NCBI GenBank assembly: GCA_051294375.1
Contig: CM119269.1
Coordinates: 21,189,665-21,253,664, forward strand
Direction of reading: 5' to 3'
Origin: Paraspadella gotoi
Lineage: Eukaryota > Animalia > Chaetognatha
Length of the DNA: 64,000 nt
The notes beneath the pieces are model-generated. The model saw only the letters and a list, made by a program, of their open reading frames with translations, was not told where the DNA came from and did not search any database. Of the stretch, positions 1-43,500 are shown piece after piece. A program made the translations under genes and the position numbers. Position 1 is the first letter of the stretch; each line of letters begins with the position of its first letter.

Positions 1-96
1 GGTACTCTGGGAGTGAATAAACAGGACTGTGAGAGAGTCTTGATTGAAAGCTTGCAGGGACCTGCTTTGTCATTATCTTGTAAGGTGATGGAGGCC

Positions 97-181
97 TTAA
101 ACCACCAAAGCCTGTCCAAAGTCAGGGGCAAGATAGCTTATTTATTAAATGAATGGATAATTTTTATATTGGTTGTACCAA
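97..181. repeat. Dispersed repeat; inverted near-identical copy at ~36889-36973
   Basis: ttaaaccaccaaagcctgtccaaagtcaggggcaagatagcttatttattaaatgaatggataatttt...ttggttgtacca is the reverse complement of the ~36889-36973 segment, with few mismatches. Confidence 0.8.
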
Positions 182-564
182 TTCATTAATCAACTGGTAT
201 ATTTTTTTCAACTTGCAAAATGTGGTCAACTGGCATAATTTAATCAACTGGCATAATTTAGTAAATTTTCATAATTTAATCAACTTCCATTATTTGGTCA
301 ACTGCATAATTTGGTAAACTGGCATAATTTGGTTGGTCAATCAATCAATCAATCAATCAGAGAGAGATAGAAAGAAACTTGAAATAAATGTATCTTTTGA
401 TTTTCTCTTTTCCACTCCTACAATTCCATAAAAAAATTATATCCAGCTTAATCACATACTTTCCTAGCCACACACAAAATTTCATTTCAATTTATCTATC
501 CAATTTTTAATAAATATTATAATTATGAATAAATATAAGTAAAAATACTTCAAGTAAATAAGAC

Positions 565-812
565 TTTTGTTTTTTCCATTTAAGCTCGCACGTTTCCATC
601 GAAACTTTATATCCTACGCACTTTCCTTCCGACACCAAATTTCATTGCACTCCATCCATCCAATCACGAGTAATTTGAGTTTAATGCTAAGGGGCGACGA
701 ACGGACTTTTCTTTTAACAAAATTTATCATAATTCAATGTTCTGAGGTGATGAAAATGATTTACCGACAAGATTTCGGGGTGGGCCCGACGGACCGACAA
801 AGTGAATTATAG
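565..812 (+). repeat. Dispersed non-autonomous repeat (Helentron/DINE-like), related copy at ~25085-25570
   Basis: Shared blocks ttccatcgaaactt, gagtaatt..gctaagggg, aatttatcataattc.atgttctga and accgacaagatt..ccgacggacc.acaaagtgaattata occur in both copies; the second copy has a (GACA)n tract. Confidence 0.6.
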
Positions 813-2973
813 AGTCGGAAACTGCTGATAAAAATAAATCTTATAATAGGATGATAATTCAAATTGTTGATAATTGATGATAATTCTTATAATTCAATTG
901 CCTAAAAAAATTTTTTTTTTGAAATTCGACCAAGCCATTGATGAGCACATAACTAAGAAAATAAGAAAGAAAATAAGCAAGCTGGACTACAAGGAGTTGG
1001 AAAATAAAAAAACGTCAGCGATTTTTTTACTAGGGTACAAAATCTGAAGTTGCTTTAACAAATAATTTAGTCACAGTATTTGAAATATTTGAAATATTTG
1101 AAATACTCCAAAAATTAGCTGATCTTACCTTAAGTAGCAACGACCAAGCTATAAAGATGAAATATTGTGGCAAGTACTTCCGAGTTGAAATAAACATTAT
1201 TAAAATATTTATATATTGTTACATTAAGAATTCAAATTTTGATTGTATTTTTATTTTTGGTTTCGCGTCAAGGAACGGCTCAAAACTGAATACCTCTTAT
1301 TTGCGCAAAGAAAGTAAAATAAGAAAAACACGGCAAGGGAACCTCACCGAGGAAAAGAGGAAGGTGAGGAAAATAGTTCTGGGATGGGAGGGATACGCTG
1401 GGGAGCGGTCGGTTGCCGGTGAATATAAGGGAAGAGGAAAGAAACTGCTCTGCTTTTTTCGTCAAATCGAATATGAAATCGATTATAAAATGAAACTAAT
1501 TACCTAGCTTAATCAAAAAGAATAAATATTTTTCAAAATATCTATAGTCTAGATTCCTTTAATTCTTGTATTTTTTTTTTTAGATTAAAACTATTCTTTA
1601 TCTTATATCTTATATCGCAACTAGCCATGACCCAAAAAGCAATTTCGCATTTTTTTCGTGCATAAAAGGATTTAAATAGAATTAATGAATTATGTTTACG
1701 ATAGAGACTATCGTAACTATCATTAACGATTAAAAAAAAAAACAATATTCCAAGTACAACTAAAATTAAAAGTTTAAGAGACGAAAGTGTTAAAGGACAA
1801 AGACCTAAAAATTAATTGTGATATTTTTACCAACAATGCTTTCGAAATCATAAGCCCATAAAAATACTACGTAATAATATGCCATTTTTTATTAAAAAAA
1901 GTTTTTAATTAATATTTTTAGTCGTTTAAATTCAAGGTTTGCAACAGAGTATAAGACCGAGTATAAGAAAACAAAATATTTAAACTCTCAAATTATGTTT
2001 TTACCAATTAATTTATTTTGTTTTTAACAAATTTATTTTAAACCTAGATTTATAACTGTATCCATAGTCTTCATTCATGAGAATAACAAACTTTAGAAAA
2101 TATCCTACTAACCTCCCCTGAACTATTTAGCATAGATGCTCGATCGGGGCCACTTCTTCCCCCCCGCCACCGAACTTAAGCCCGTTCTGCGCTTGCGCCC
2201 GACCGTCAGCGAGAACATCCGGTAACACATCCTCCTCTTCTCCCTCCTCCTCCTCTTCTTTTCCCCCTCCCGCAACCCCACGCTCCTTCGCTCCCATTAC
2301 CTTCGCCACCTCCCGCTAACCTCGAAGCCTCTTTCTTTGATTTTTTTTTTTAAAACCAAGTCCCTTTTTTTTCCTCGCTCGGCGAACACTTCCAATCATG
2401 TCTTTCCGAAAAAGTCTTCGCGGTGATAGCGGAACCATCACGCGCTTCAAACAATAGAAACGACTCCGACGCCAAATTTTGTTTCGTGTTTTATTTGGAC
2501 CCTCAATCAGTAATTTTCTGTGATTATGCAATCCGACTTTCGAAAAAACAAAAAATCAACGGAGTCTAACAACAACGAAATATCTACGTTTCTTCTGCGA
2601 TCTGAGGATTTCTCAGCAGCGGCTGTAACTTCATCTTTATCATCATCATCATCATCGTCTTCTTCTTCACCACCCTCTCCCTCCGTCAGAGGAGGGCCGT
2701 CGTTGAATCTCTCGAGCGAAAATCCCGCTCTGCCGTCGCCGCCGCAGCTGCGGCCACGAGAAGAAAGGGACTCGGCGGCATGGGGAGGATGCCGTCTTTG
2801 TAGGAGAGGGAGGAGGAGGCGAGGCATCGTCGCTCGCGCTGTAAACACGAGACGCGGGGGCCGCTGTTGGAAAGAGGAGGAGGAGAGAGGGGAGAAACGA
2901 CGGAGACGGGGACGACGACGACGAACCAGGCAGGAAATCTTGATCAGGTGCGCGTCAGCGCGGGACTTTCTGG

Positions 2974-16440
<13,467 letters not shown>

Positions 16441-19400
16441 TCGTCGAATGAAAAAATACAGGGTTTTGTAAAAAAAACCGAGAGGAAAAACAAAACGTCT
16501 GTCACGTCTGCTCTGTCTTAACTAGTTATATCTAGAAGAAAAATCTAGTCTTTAACTAGTCATTTCTTAGTTCATTTTATTTTATGTAAGAGATTATAAC
16601 AGTCGATAGAATTTTTAGTCGACTTCCCACCTTTGAATGAGATTTTATTTTTTTTTTTTTTTGACCGTCTTCCCGTTTTGTTATCAGTATTACTACATTT
16701 GATTCTTTTAATCGAGTCCTAGTCCTACGTTTTTAGTTAATGAGATCTTTTTTTAAAAAAAACAATTTGTAGCTTTGTATTTTTCAAGCAATTCTTGAAA
16801 CGCATTGTTCAAAAAAGAAACTTTGATCCGAATCGTTAATTTAAAGAAATATTTTACCGAAAATTTCATCCTCGGTAATTCCTTCAGTATTAGAATTTGT
16901 TTTTACCCCCCACCCCGTTCTCCCACTCCCACCTCTAAGCCGCTCCCTCTCACTTTAAATTCCGTAATAATCGTGTGAATTTTTATTTCCATTCGGGATA
17001 AAATCACATGAAGCTTACGCTTGTACATACTTGCGGCCAGTTGAAGTCCCCCCCCCCACTTTTCGTCAAACCACGAAAACCAAAATACTTCGGGCATGTT
17101 TTTCCGAGCGCAACTCGTCAACAAACGTGAGGCGAATGAAAATAGTTTTCGCATATTAATACCGTATTTTTGTCTTGTAACGTTGAAAAAACGCCCATTG
17201 CTTTACGCCTTTTAAAAATGAGGACGTAAGTTTAAAAAAAAAATTTAAAAACGCTCTTTCGCTTTTTCAAAGATTGGTCACAGCGCATTAAAAACCACAG
17301 ATCGTTTTTAATATTCACTCCAACACTATGCAATTCTCGTACTTAATATAAATAGTTTATTTGAAAACAAATCTTTTCACTCTGCGCAAAAAGACTGGTG
17401 AAGGAAATTGAAAATATCGATAAGCCTCTTTTAGCGTACGGTGCTATGGGTCGTTGCAATAGACATATCTAAGTGCAAATATTTCCTATTGATGTTTGAG
17501 AAAGTGCAAAGATATATTACACCATTAATCCGGAATTGCAATCTTTAATATATGCAACTAAATTAGATTAGCCTACCTCTAAAAAATACCCTTCCCTACA
17601 CCCTCCCGAAAAAGTTTCTTTCTTGTATCTATTGTACTACTGAGATTTTTGGCACAACATTCGATAAATTTCATTGAAAAAAAAAAACACTAGTGCTCTG
17701 TTCATGATTATTTGTGTTGTCTTAAGTAGAACAGTATTACTTTTGAACAAATAAAATCGAAAGGTTTTGGGAAAATAATCCAAAATCATCTGCCAAAAAC
17801 TGGTTTTGTCCAAAAAAAATAGCTTTCCAGATTTGTAATGGAATAACGCAAGATTCGTAAACTCGGTAAAAATAAGCACGAGAAGAACTTCGAACAGACT
17901 TGTATGGCCATTAAATTCCGGTTCCTTTTTATTACTTTTTGAGTTAACTATTAAAAATCCCTGCCTTTTTTCAGTCTTATGTCAAATGGTTATTGCATCA
18001 TCTCTATTAAGATAGATTCAGGGATGAATCTTAATTCATATGTTAAAAAAAGAGTGGTATTAAAAATATATTGATACTGTAGATGCTCCAGAATATTCTT
18101 TTTATATTGTAAAGTATCAATAAAAGTTATAAGGCTCTGGGTAACCTTTCTGTGAGCAAATTATCATTTTTATTTACCTCTGGGTGTATTAACAGAACTA
18201 AGTTACAAACAAGTCTAGAAATCAAATATTTTGTTGAAGTGAAAGACAATGCATCATCACATTATGCAGAGCAACTCAAGCCTGGTTTACTTCATAGGGG
18301 ATTCATCTTTTTCATTGCTTGCCAATGATAATTTTTTGCCCTAAATCTGATTAAAAATATCATGTCAGAGATATAATATTAACAATAATGTGAGTAGTCC
18401 TCTTGATCGAAAAGAGGTGAAAACAGTTGGAGTCAACCTCTTTTGGAAGTATTTGTAATTTTGTATGCATTAAATAATTTTATGCTGTTAAGAAATAATC
18501 TTTTTATTCAGTCCTCGGGAGGTCATATTACGAATTAAAACTTATTTACCGGTCAAAGAATATATTTAACAATGAAATTAACTGACTTTTTCAAACCGCG
18601 ACAATTTTTTTTCCATCATGGGAATTAAATCAAATATAAACAAAACTCATTAGCGAGATTAGATCTCGGGACCTTTGAATGACAATGAGGTGTTTAGTGG
18701 CATACGACAAACCAGCAGATAAGATAAGTCATTGGAATATCTACATCTTAAGTAGCATGTTACTTAAAACTATAAACAAATGAACATGAGAACTATTCAC
18801 AGTCATATAGCACTAGCTATCTCAACACACGTTTCACTGTTAACTGATTTCATTTATTCTCTGTTCAAAGGATGGAATTGCCAGTTGGTCTACAAATAAG
18901 TTTTACAATATTTATGATTGTTAATGTTTTTTTTAATTTTACTATTTATTGTACATATAGATATTGCAGCTGTTTGCTGGCAAAAGCATCTGAATATCTA
19001 TATGCTTTGTTTTATTAGGGCTTTATAATTAACTAAGCAAATTGGTTAGAGACAATTTTATTGATAAACTAATTAATTGTGCCACGTGAGCGTTAACGCC
19101 TCCCGTTTCCGGTCAACGCCTATCCTCTAAGCTGACGCTCGTGGTGACGTTCCGCTCATATCGGTTGATCGCCACAACTGAAGAGAGCGCGCGGCACAGA
19201 TCAAGAAAAGAAAAGAGTCAGTAACAGGCTTTTTCTTGCGACAGTACATTGTTTGTAACAAAGTGAACAACCGGAGTCAACCCCGTGGTCGCGAAAATGC
19301 CTCCGCTACACTGCCATACAATATAGAATAGCGATGCCGACAAAGAGCTCAATCTTTTATATCAAATGTTATTTACTTACCAGGAGCAACCGACAGGGCA

Positions 19401-20111
19401 GAATCCACGAACATCAATCGTTTAATTTTTTTTTAGTAAGCACTTAGCAAGCTAATACATTTTTTTCGCAGTTATAATCTAGTTCGTTCCTACTATAAAT
19501 TTTCTGTAATAATAATAAAACAAAATTATGAGGTTGCAGTTACGTTTCATCAAAGTGATTCAGCGACAAAATTATGATATAAAACAAAAAAAAAACTAAA
19601 AAAAATCGCAGTACGTCCTAATAATTGTTTAAAAATATTTACATCGAAAAAAAGATCAAATTTAAAGGTATAAAACATTTAAATCTCCCCGTTTCATTCT
19701 ATTTCGGGTAATGTTTGTAAATTTCGATAATTCCTAATTCGAGAATGCACATTGTTAAGCGTCGAAATAGTACAAGAGTTATCAAAAACTGAAAACAAAT
19801 TGATAATAATATCACCATTAACGTCTCCAGACTACATATGAATACAAAATAACATTATAATTTGCTCTTAAAAGAGTTCAGCTATTGCTAAAATTATTTA
19901 TACCATAGTTTATAATGTCATATACTTTCGACACTAGCATTTCTGACTAGCAGAATAGCTGACAAATTGAGAGGATCGAACAAGGAGGTAGGTTTATCAG
20001 CAGAGACTAGAATAACGGCGTCTAACAGGCAAAATATTTTTTTTTGCATCCGATTAACATCATCGATCCCAATAGATTTTTTTCTTTGCGACCAATAAAT
20101 CTTAATTGCAT

Positions 20112-36314
<16,203 letters not shown>

Positions 36315-37257
36315 TATTTCAACTTTTTTCAGCGATACCGGTTTAATAGTAATACTAGGAGATCCATGGTTATTACAGAAAGAAAAGGAGAGGAAATGGT
36401 ATGGGTCACAAAGGGTTCTTCAACGTGGTATCATGACCAGGCGAAAGACATGATCCGTTCACGTCCATAAAAAAGAAATCGGGAGGAACAAATGAACATC
36501 GAGATCTTCGGCCAGAAGAAGAAGAAGAAGAAAAAGAAGAGGATCCATCTTCTCAATTCTTTTTTCTGAGTTTCAAAAAAGGCCAGAAAAAAAAAAAGAC
36601 ATAACTTTAGGTAAATATATAGTTGTGTATAACTGATTGAGTAAATAAAAAAATGAAAAACGAACGGCAGCGCAATTAAAATTTAGAAAAAAACATTTTA
36701 AGGAGAAGCGACTAAAAGTTCAAAATGTCTAGATAAAACTATATTATTATTTTTAAACAATCGCTAAGTTTTTTATATCATTGCACGTAATGTAAGTTTA
36801 TTCAAAATTAATGTCAAACTTTTTGTTGGAAATGCTTGTTTATTTATATCATTAACGACAAACTTAAGACAATTATGTATGTACGAAATTGGTACAACCA
36901 ATTAAAAAATTATCCATTCATTTAATAAATAAGCTATCTTGCCCCTAACTTTGGACAGGCTCTGGTGGTTTAACTTTAAGGTATTTCATTTCTCAAAATT
37001 TTACTATTTTTAAAATTTTTTTTCAAAAAGCAAAATCTTCAAGAAGTACTACACGTATTCCTTTAAAAATAGTTTTCTACCCAGCCACCAAGCGTAGTTC
37101 GTAGCTATCGCAAAGAATAAATAAATTCCTGCTATTTCTGATTAAAAAAACCAACAAAACTTGAATGAATGAATTTATAAAATTACGTTTCATAACAATT
37201 TATTTAACAATTTGGCTTAAACCTTCTTGAATATTATTTTTTAATAAAAAAACCGGT

Positions 37258-39923
37258 TTAAAAATCACTGTCTTCTTGCGAATCCCTTTCGAAGCCGTAT
37301 CTATGATTCGCGCGAGCGGACCTCTCCGCGTTGAGACCTCTGAATTGGACAGTTTCTTCCTCATCCTCGTTTTCGATGAGACTGAAATGAGGAATTCCAT
37401 TTATTTTTCGTAATTTCTATGAGCGGCAACTGAACAATGCTGAGCATTTCATAGCTTTTCAATTGACCTATTGGACGTAGCTCGCGTAGATACCGAAGTG
37501 TACTCATTCCGCCGTACAGCGGAGCCTATCCTATAACGTAGAGCAGAGAGCAACGCCATGACTATAAACCAAACAAATTGATAATTTCGAGGGGTTTGGG
37601 CAAATCAAGTAAAGCTATGGGTCGGACCGGTTCCGTTGCCTGTCGCCAAAAGGTAGAGGCTGAAAACCATGGAAGCGCTGAAAGCGGCCACGGCGACCAC
37701 GACTAACGACAACCTCGAAATAGATGGAGAGCTGAATGGAAAGACAGAGAGGGTGACTACTTCAGAGTAGAAAATTTATGACGATTCAAATGATAGAAAT
37801 CAAGTACCCGGGAGTCACGGGTTTCTTCTGCAACGATTTTAATTGGTCCCAAACATCGCAAGAGTGGTTTCTCGCATCTTGAACGCTCTCAGAGACTAAG
37901 AACTTTGCGGTGGTGTGATCTGAAGATTTTTTTGAATTATGAGGAAACACTATGTAAAAAAACATTATTAGTAATTTCTCTTAATTTTTTACGTACTTTT
38001 AATCCAATCTGGAGTGCAGACAAAACAGGCGGAAGGTTCAGGTCCAAGACAAAAAGTGCAATGGGCGGAACAGCGAAGACATTCCAAGGTAGCCTGTTTA
38101 TCAGGGCCTCCTGCCGACAAAAATTAGATTAGTAAATCAAAGCAGAGATTACACGACCGAATGGCGACGACATTATAATAAATTGGTCGCTTTACCTGAA
38201 TTGAGATCATTAAAAGACGGATCGTTTTTGAAGGAAATTCCGTGGTAAAAGCCAAGTGGACAGAATTTCACGCAGCGGCTCTTCGAAGAGAGCTTCGAGG
38301 AATCATTGACTGGCTTGACTGGAAGGACGAACATGCCCCGAGGGCATTCTTCATGCATCCCAAAAACAAAAAGGAGGTACATTAAGGTTATCTGGCATTA
38401 AAATACTTTAAAATCACTGTCCATTTCTGGATTTTTTTTTCTCAGTAAACTTGAAAATAGTTCATTAGTAAAAAATTTGCTCGAAGAAGGGACTTACGAA
38501 CATGCTTTTGTGTATGGGTTATTATCAATTGATATTGGATTTAAATTAAAATCTTCTGAAAGCATACTGAATATAAATTTTATCTTATTTTCCAGGTCGT
38601 TGTTCTATTTCTATATTAATACGTACTTAAAAGAAAAATATGTGAACAATAAAAAAGTAAATTATCGCAATACAAAACTTTGCTGAAACACCTAATTCTG
38701 TCCCTTCCCCCTCAAATTTCATTTCGTTAAAATGAAATAAAACCAAATTATAACATCAATAGTGACCGTCGCAATATCGAATGATATACGGAAATCGTAA
38801 ATTTCGATGGCAAAATGGTAATAATCGCGGATTTGGTGCTGAAGGCCGCGGGTTTGATTGCAACAGTACACGGTTTATTTTTTAATTAAGGGGGAAAAAA
38901 GAATGAATGTGGAGAGAGAGAGAGAGAATATATATATATATAATATACATAAAGCCATCGAGGCTAGAATAAGAAAATAAGAAAATTAATATAGCTTTAA
39001 AAGACAACCGATAGAATTTAATTATTAAAATATAAAAAAATATACAGTAGGGTGGAGTGATAAAAATATTAAGATATGTTACAATATTTTAAACTCCCTT
39101 TGTATATGTTAATGATAAAACTCAAGTCCTTTAAAAATTTTTTGAGTGTAACAGTATCAGAAACGTTTTTTCTTTGTATTAATATCCTTATAAATTTATA
39201 AAAATATTTTAAAAAGGTTATTTTTATTTTTAAGAATAGATTCAGATTCGCCAGAAGAAAAAAAGAATTATAAATGTTATATGATATTTTTATGTTAAGG
39301 CCGCGAAAAAATAATAAAACATTTTGTCATATATTAATATCTACTACAGAAAATAAAAATGCCAAATGCCAAACGCCAAACATTATAATTAAAAAAAATT
39401 AATACAAAAATAAGGGGAAAAAAAAAGAATGATTGATGAGATAACGAATTATTGATATGATGATAACCAATTATTAATGGGAAAACGTTTAAAAAATACA
39501 ATGATTTCTATATAACTAAAATGAGTTGAATAAAATGAGGTGAATAAAATAAATTGATTAAAATGACTCAAATGAAATAATTTGAATAAATGAATTAAAT
39601 ATAAATTTATTCAATTAAAATAAATAAAAGAATTGATATAAATAAAATGCATGGAATAATTAAATTTAAAAGTATAAACTAAATTAATTAAATTGTTTAC
39701 AATTTCTAATTATAAACAATTGTAAAAAAGCGTAACGACGACGCCGTCACTAAGAAGCAATAGTAAACCTTATCTCATCCAAGACGAGATAAAAAACCGA
39801 GTACGTCATCTGTACGAAATGACTTTAGAGTTGACTAAACGAACCTTCTTTCTCTCCCGAGTGTGACTTCGCCAAGACTATAAATACCGTCAGGGCTTTG
39901 AGTATCAACCATGACCCCTTCAT
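37258..39923 (-). CDS. Type-I membrane protein with furin-like Cys-rich repeats, TM helix and acidic tail (stand-alone gene or extra furin isoform)
   Basis: ccaccATG MKGSWLILKALTVFIVLAKSHSG signal-like exon (39923-39845); ECPRG...RCVKFCPLGFY; ECLRCSAHCTFCLGPEPSACFVC; TM LSLVVVAVAAFSASMVFSLYLL; tail ENEDEEE...DSQEDSDF*. Some junctions are ambiguous and one may need a homopolymer frameshift near 38360. Confidence 0.65.
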
Positions 39924-40583
39924 GGTGGACGCGGATATTTCAGCAACTAATTCATCCTCCGTTATTCGAGGTCAGACTCGCAAATTTGACTTTCGCTTCC
40001 ATCACAAAACTTTACATCAAACTTGAGAAAAAATTGAAGGAGAAAAACATCAAATTACAGCGGACTGTAGGATCTTATACGAAACAATTGGCATCGTTAT
40101 TATAAAAGCGATTGCTCGAAAACCGTAGGATTTTAGTCACTAAGTTTTTTTTTTTTTTAATTAACGACTCTGCCGACTTTTAAAGTAAGTACATATTAAA
40201 AACAAAACATATAAGAATGAAAGAATAAAAAGAAGAAAAATCTTCCATAATTTCTAACTATGGAGAAAATATAACATGACTAAGGCGTTAAATTAACTAT
40301 AAAACGATAAAATTGTACGTCTCAATACATTGCAGACGAACACAACACGTCTAAGGGCTAAAAAAAAAAAACTGGAACAAACTGACAACAATGAGGAGAA
40401 AAGTTGGTTTCTTAGAAAATAAAGAAGAGCGAAAGGCGCGGTAGAAAGGCGTAACAGAGGTGCGACGACGTTAGAAACTATAAATTGTCAATGATCGTAG
40501 AAGAGATAATCAATGTTCTGTCAATCCGGCGATTCAGTTTTTTTTTTAGCGATAACACCCGTAAAGGAGGAGAAAAAAAATTG

Positions 40584-43500
40584 TCACCCCCAGACAAGAT
40601 CCACCCGTGCTACTATTCCGACGAAAACGCACAGTAGAACAGCCGAAAACAAGTGGTCCAACGTTGAAGCCGCCCAGCGCCAATATTTTTTCCAACGAAT
40701 TTTTTTTACTGCGAAGCCCGCAACTTTTTTCGGCCGATCTGCGAGAAGGCTTTTCTGACGTTTACAGGGTCTAGCTTTCGACGAACGCTTCCGGCGTCGC
40801 CTTCTTTCGACTTGTTTATCACAGGAAAAGAGGGGCATCAATCGATCGGAAAGGATGGGCAAATGCTCATAGACAACGCAAAGTTTTTTGCGCGCTTTAA
40901 TGAGTTCACTCTTCGATTCGGGCGCCAACATGAACTGGGGCGATAAGATTGGGATAAGATTCCCCGGGGATTCGAGACGGAGCAGTCGGTCGTCGGGGTT
41001 GCGATCAAGATATGAGCGCGGGATGCGTACGTAGCTATGGACGTTATTATAGAGAGAGGTGAGGAGGCGATCTGAGGTAGTGACGAAGATGTTGAGGCAA
41101 CTGGAGAACAAGGCCGCCGCGCCTGGTTGTTTTGAGGAAAATTGGGGAGGATAGGAGGAAAAGGGGCGGGAAAAAGAAAAAAAGGAATAGAAAAGAAAGG
41201 GGGGAAAAGAAAAAAATAGAAAGAGATAAAGAAAAATGCGAGAGGGAAAGAAGTTGAGTAAACATGATAAGGAAAAAAGCAAGAACAGGAGAGCAGGGGG
41301 AAAAAGGCGAAAAAAGGGGGAGATTTCCGTTGACAGAGAAATAAAGGGGGTCAAGGACAAGGGTGGAAAGAGACAGAAAGAGAAATTAAATAAGTATAGC
41401 ACCCATACTAAAATCCAAATCAAGAATAAAATTTAAAAAGTATTCAGTGTTTTATACTAAAACATATTAGTAAAAGCTTTTGATCTTTAATAATGTTTGC
41501 TTTTTTTACTTGATTTGGCTAACAAGCAAAGAGCAGAATTCCAACACCAAGGACGTGACAAAAGAATGTGATCATATCTTTGAATAAAATTATAATTGTA
41601 GTTGAAACAAGTCATATCCGCTCTTCGGGCGATTCTGAAAATTGGATCTCCTGCAACTAAATCCTCCATTTTGCTTTTTTTTTTTAAATGAGCTTGGAAA
41701 CCAAAACCTCTACCATAGTCAGCTGAGAGAGACCAATTTTACAGAATGCCAATTATCTTTGTCTAAAAAGCTCTATGACAAACAAATTGAAGGGTATTAA
41801 AACTATTATGTTTGAGGAAAACAAGAGATTCTCACCCGGCAGACCTAGTCCAGTGAGAGCGAGAGTGGAGGCGAGGGTGGCGCCGCCCGAGCGAGGGCCG
41901 CTGCCGCTCGAAGGTGGGATTCGGTACGAATAGGGAGCTACATCGGTCCCGTACAAAATGAGAGACCAACTCTTGAGTTCACTGTCCGGATTCGATCCTG
42001 GAAAAAAAAAACCTGAACAGCATCAGTCGTGATTTAGGAGGCTGTCCTCTGACAAAGGGACCCATTTACATTCACAAAGTATACAATGGAAAATAATATC
42101 AGTTGTCTCAAATTAATGAACACGCGGATGAAAAAGGCTCACTGCGGCTAAATGGAAAATCGTGGCAGGAATTTTACTATTCAAAAAATACCTATTTAAA
42201 ACTAAATGAAAGTTACCATTGTTAGCTGTATTTTTTTATATACTAGTAGTACGCATTTTACTTTAGAAACCCAAGAGAAAGAAAGAAAAGGATGAAAACA
42301 AGGAAACGACAGATGCAAAAAGTGTTAGGCCTATCTAAAAGATCCCTGTCTACTTACTTAAATGAGATATTCAAAACAAATATTAACTACTATGTAATAT
42401 GTATGGTAAAAGTGAATTATTCATGCATTATCGACTTGTGAGTCTTGTTATCTCAGACCCTTCAAGTGAAAAATTTTTTTTTTATATAAATATAAAAGAT
42501 ATATACGGATGAAAAAATGATTATAACAATATCAAAATAAGGATTTTGCGGTCAGTCGCCGCAGTGCAGTAGACTGCACTTTCGGAGTTTTATTTACGCT
42601 TGCGATTCAACCAAAAACGCACGACTCGGAAAACAAAAATAATTTTTTTTAGTATATTACATAATACATATGTAAAATTTAAAATACTTCACCTTTGAAA
42701 TTTATTTCAATAATTTCATTATTTAACTGTATTTTTCTTCGAATAAAATTAGCTAATGTAGAAATTGCTTTAGGACGAACTGTTCAAAATGCGAAATAAT
42801 TAACTCTAAATGGGTAAAAATCTTTTATGTTCTGAGACCGCATACACGATAGACACTTGGAACTGGACACTAAACACAAACAACAGAAGTACAATGAATA
42901 TCTTTATATGGAAAATCCAAACATTGAATGGTTATAATAAAAAAAAATTTAACAAAACTATATTAATTTAAGCTTTAGTAAAATGAATCAAAATTTTTTC
43001 CGCAAAATTTTTTAAAGAAAATTTCATCATTGTTTATAAGGTCATATGATATTACGGCCAGATTGTTTGTTATCATAAGGGATTGTGATATTAAGAAAAT
43101 AATTGCCAACACCTTTGGATTTATGTATGCAAAAAACCTTATTAAGAGTGTAACTTTGAATTAATGTGTACCAATAAATATGAACTTAATAATTTATAAT
43201 AATCTCTAGCCAATACCATTATCTCAAATTTATGAATTTATGTACATTGACAACTTTAATGGACTATGCATCCAAAAAAAAACTCAAGCGGAATGAGTCA
43301 AGCTAATTATAAAACGTTTCACTGAAGATCGTGTAATGGTTGATTTAAGATGTAAGGGTATTAAAATAACGATAATACAATTTTTTTTCTACATTAAAAT
43401 TTTTATCGCTTGTAAAACTATGTTGGCTAAAAAAATATATAGAAACCAAGTAGCAGCGTTCGTAGCAAAGTCCAACATCAAGTACCAGGCCAACTTAAAT

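Noticed and set aside
19080-19320. SRP RNA or telomerase RNA candidate
   Set aside because: A GAAA tetraloop is present but the SRP helix-8 motif and a CUAACCCU template are absent; splice signals explain part of the pattern.
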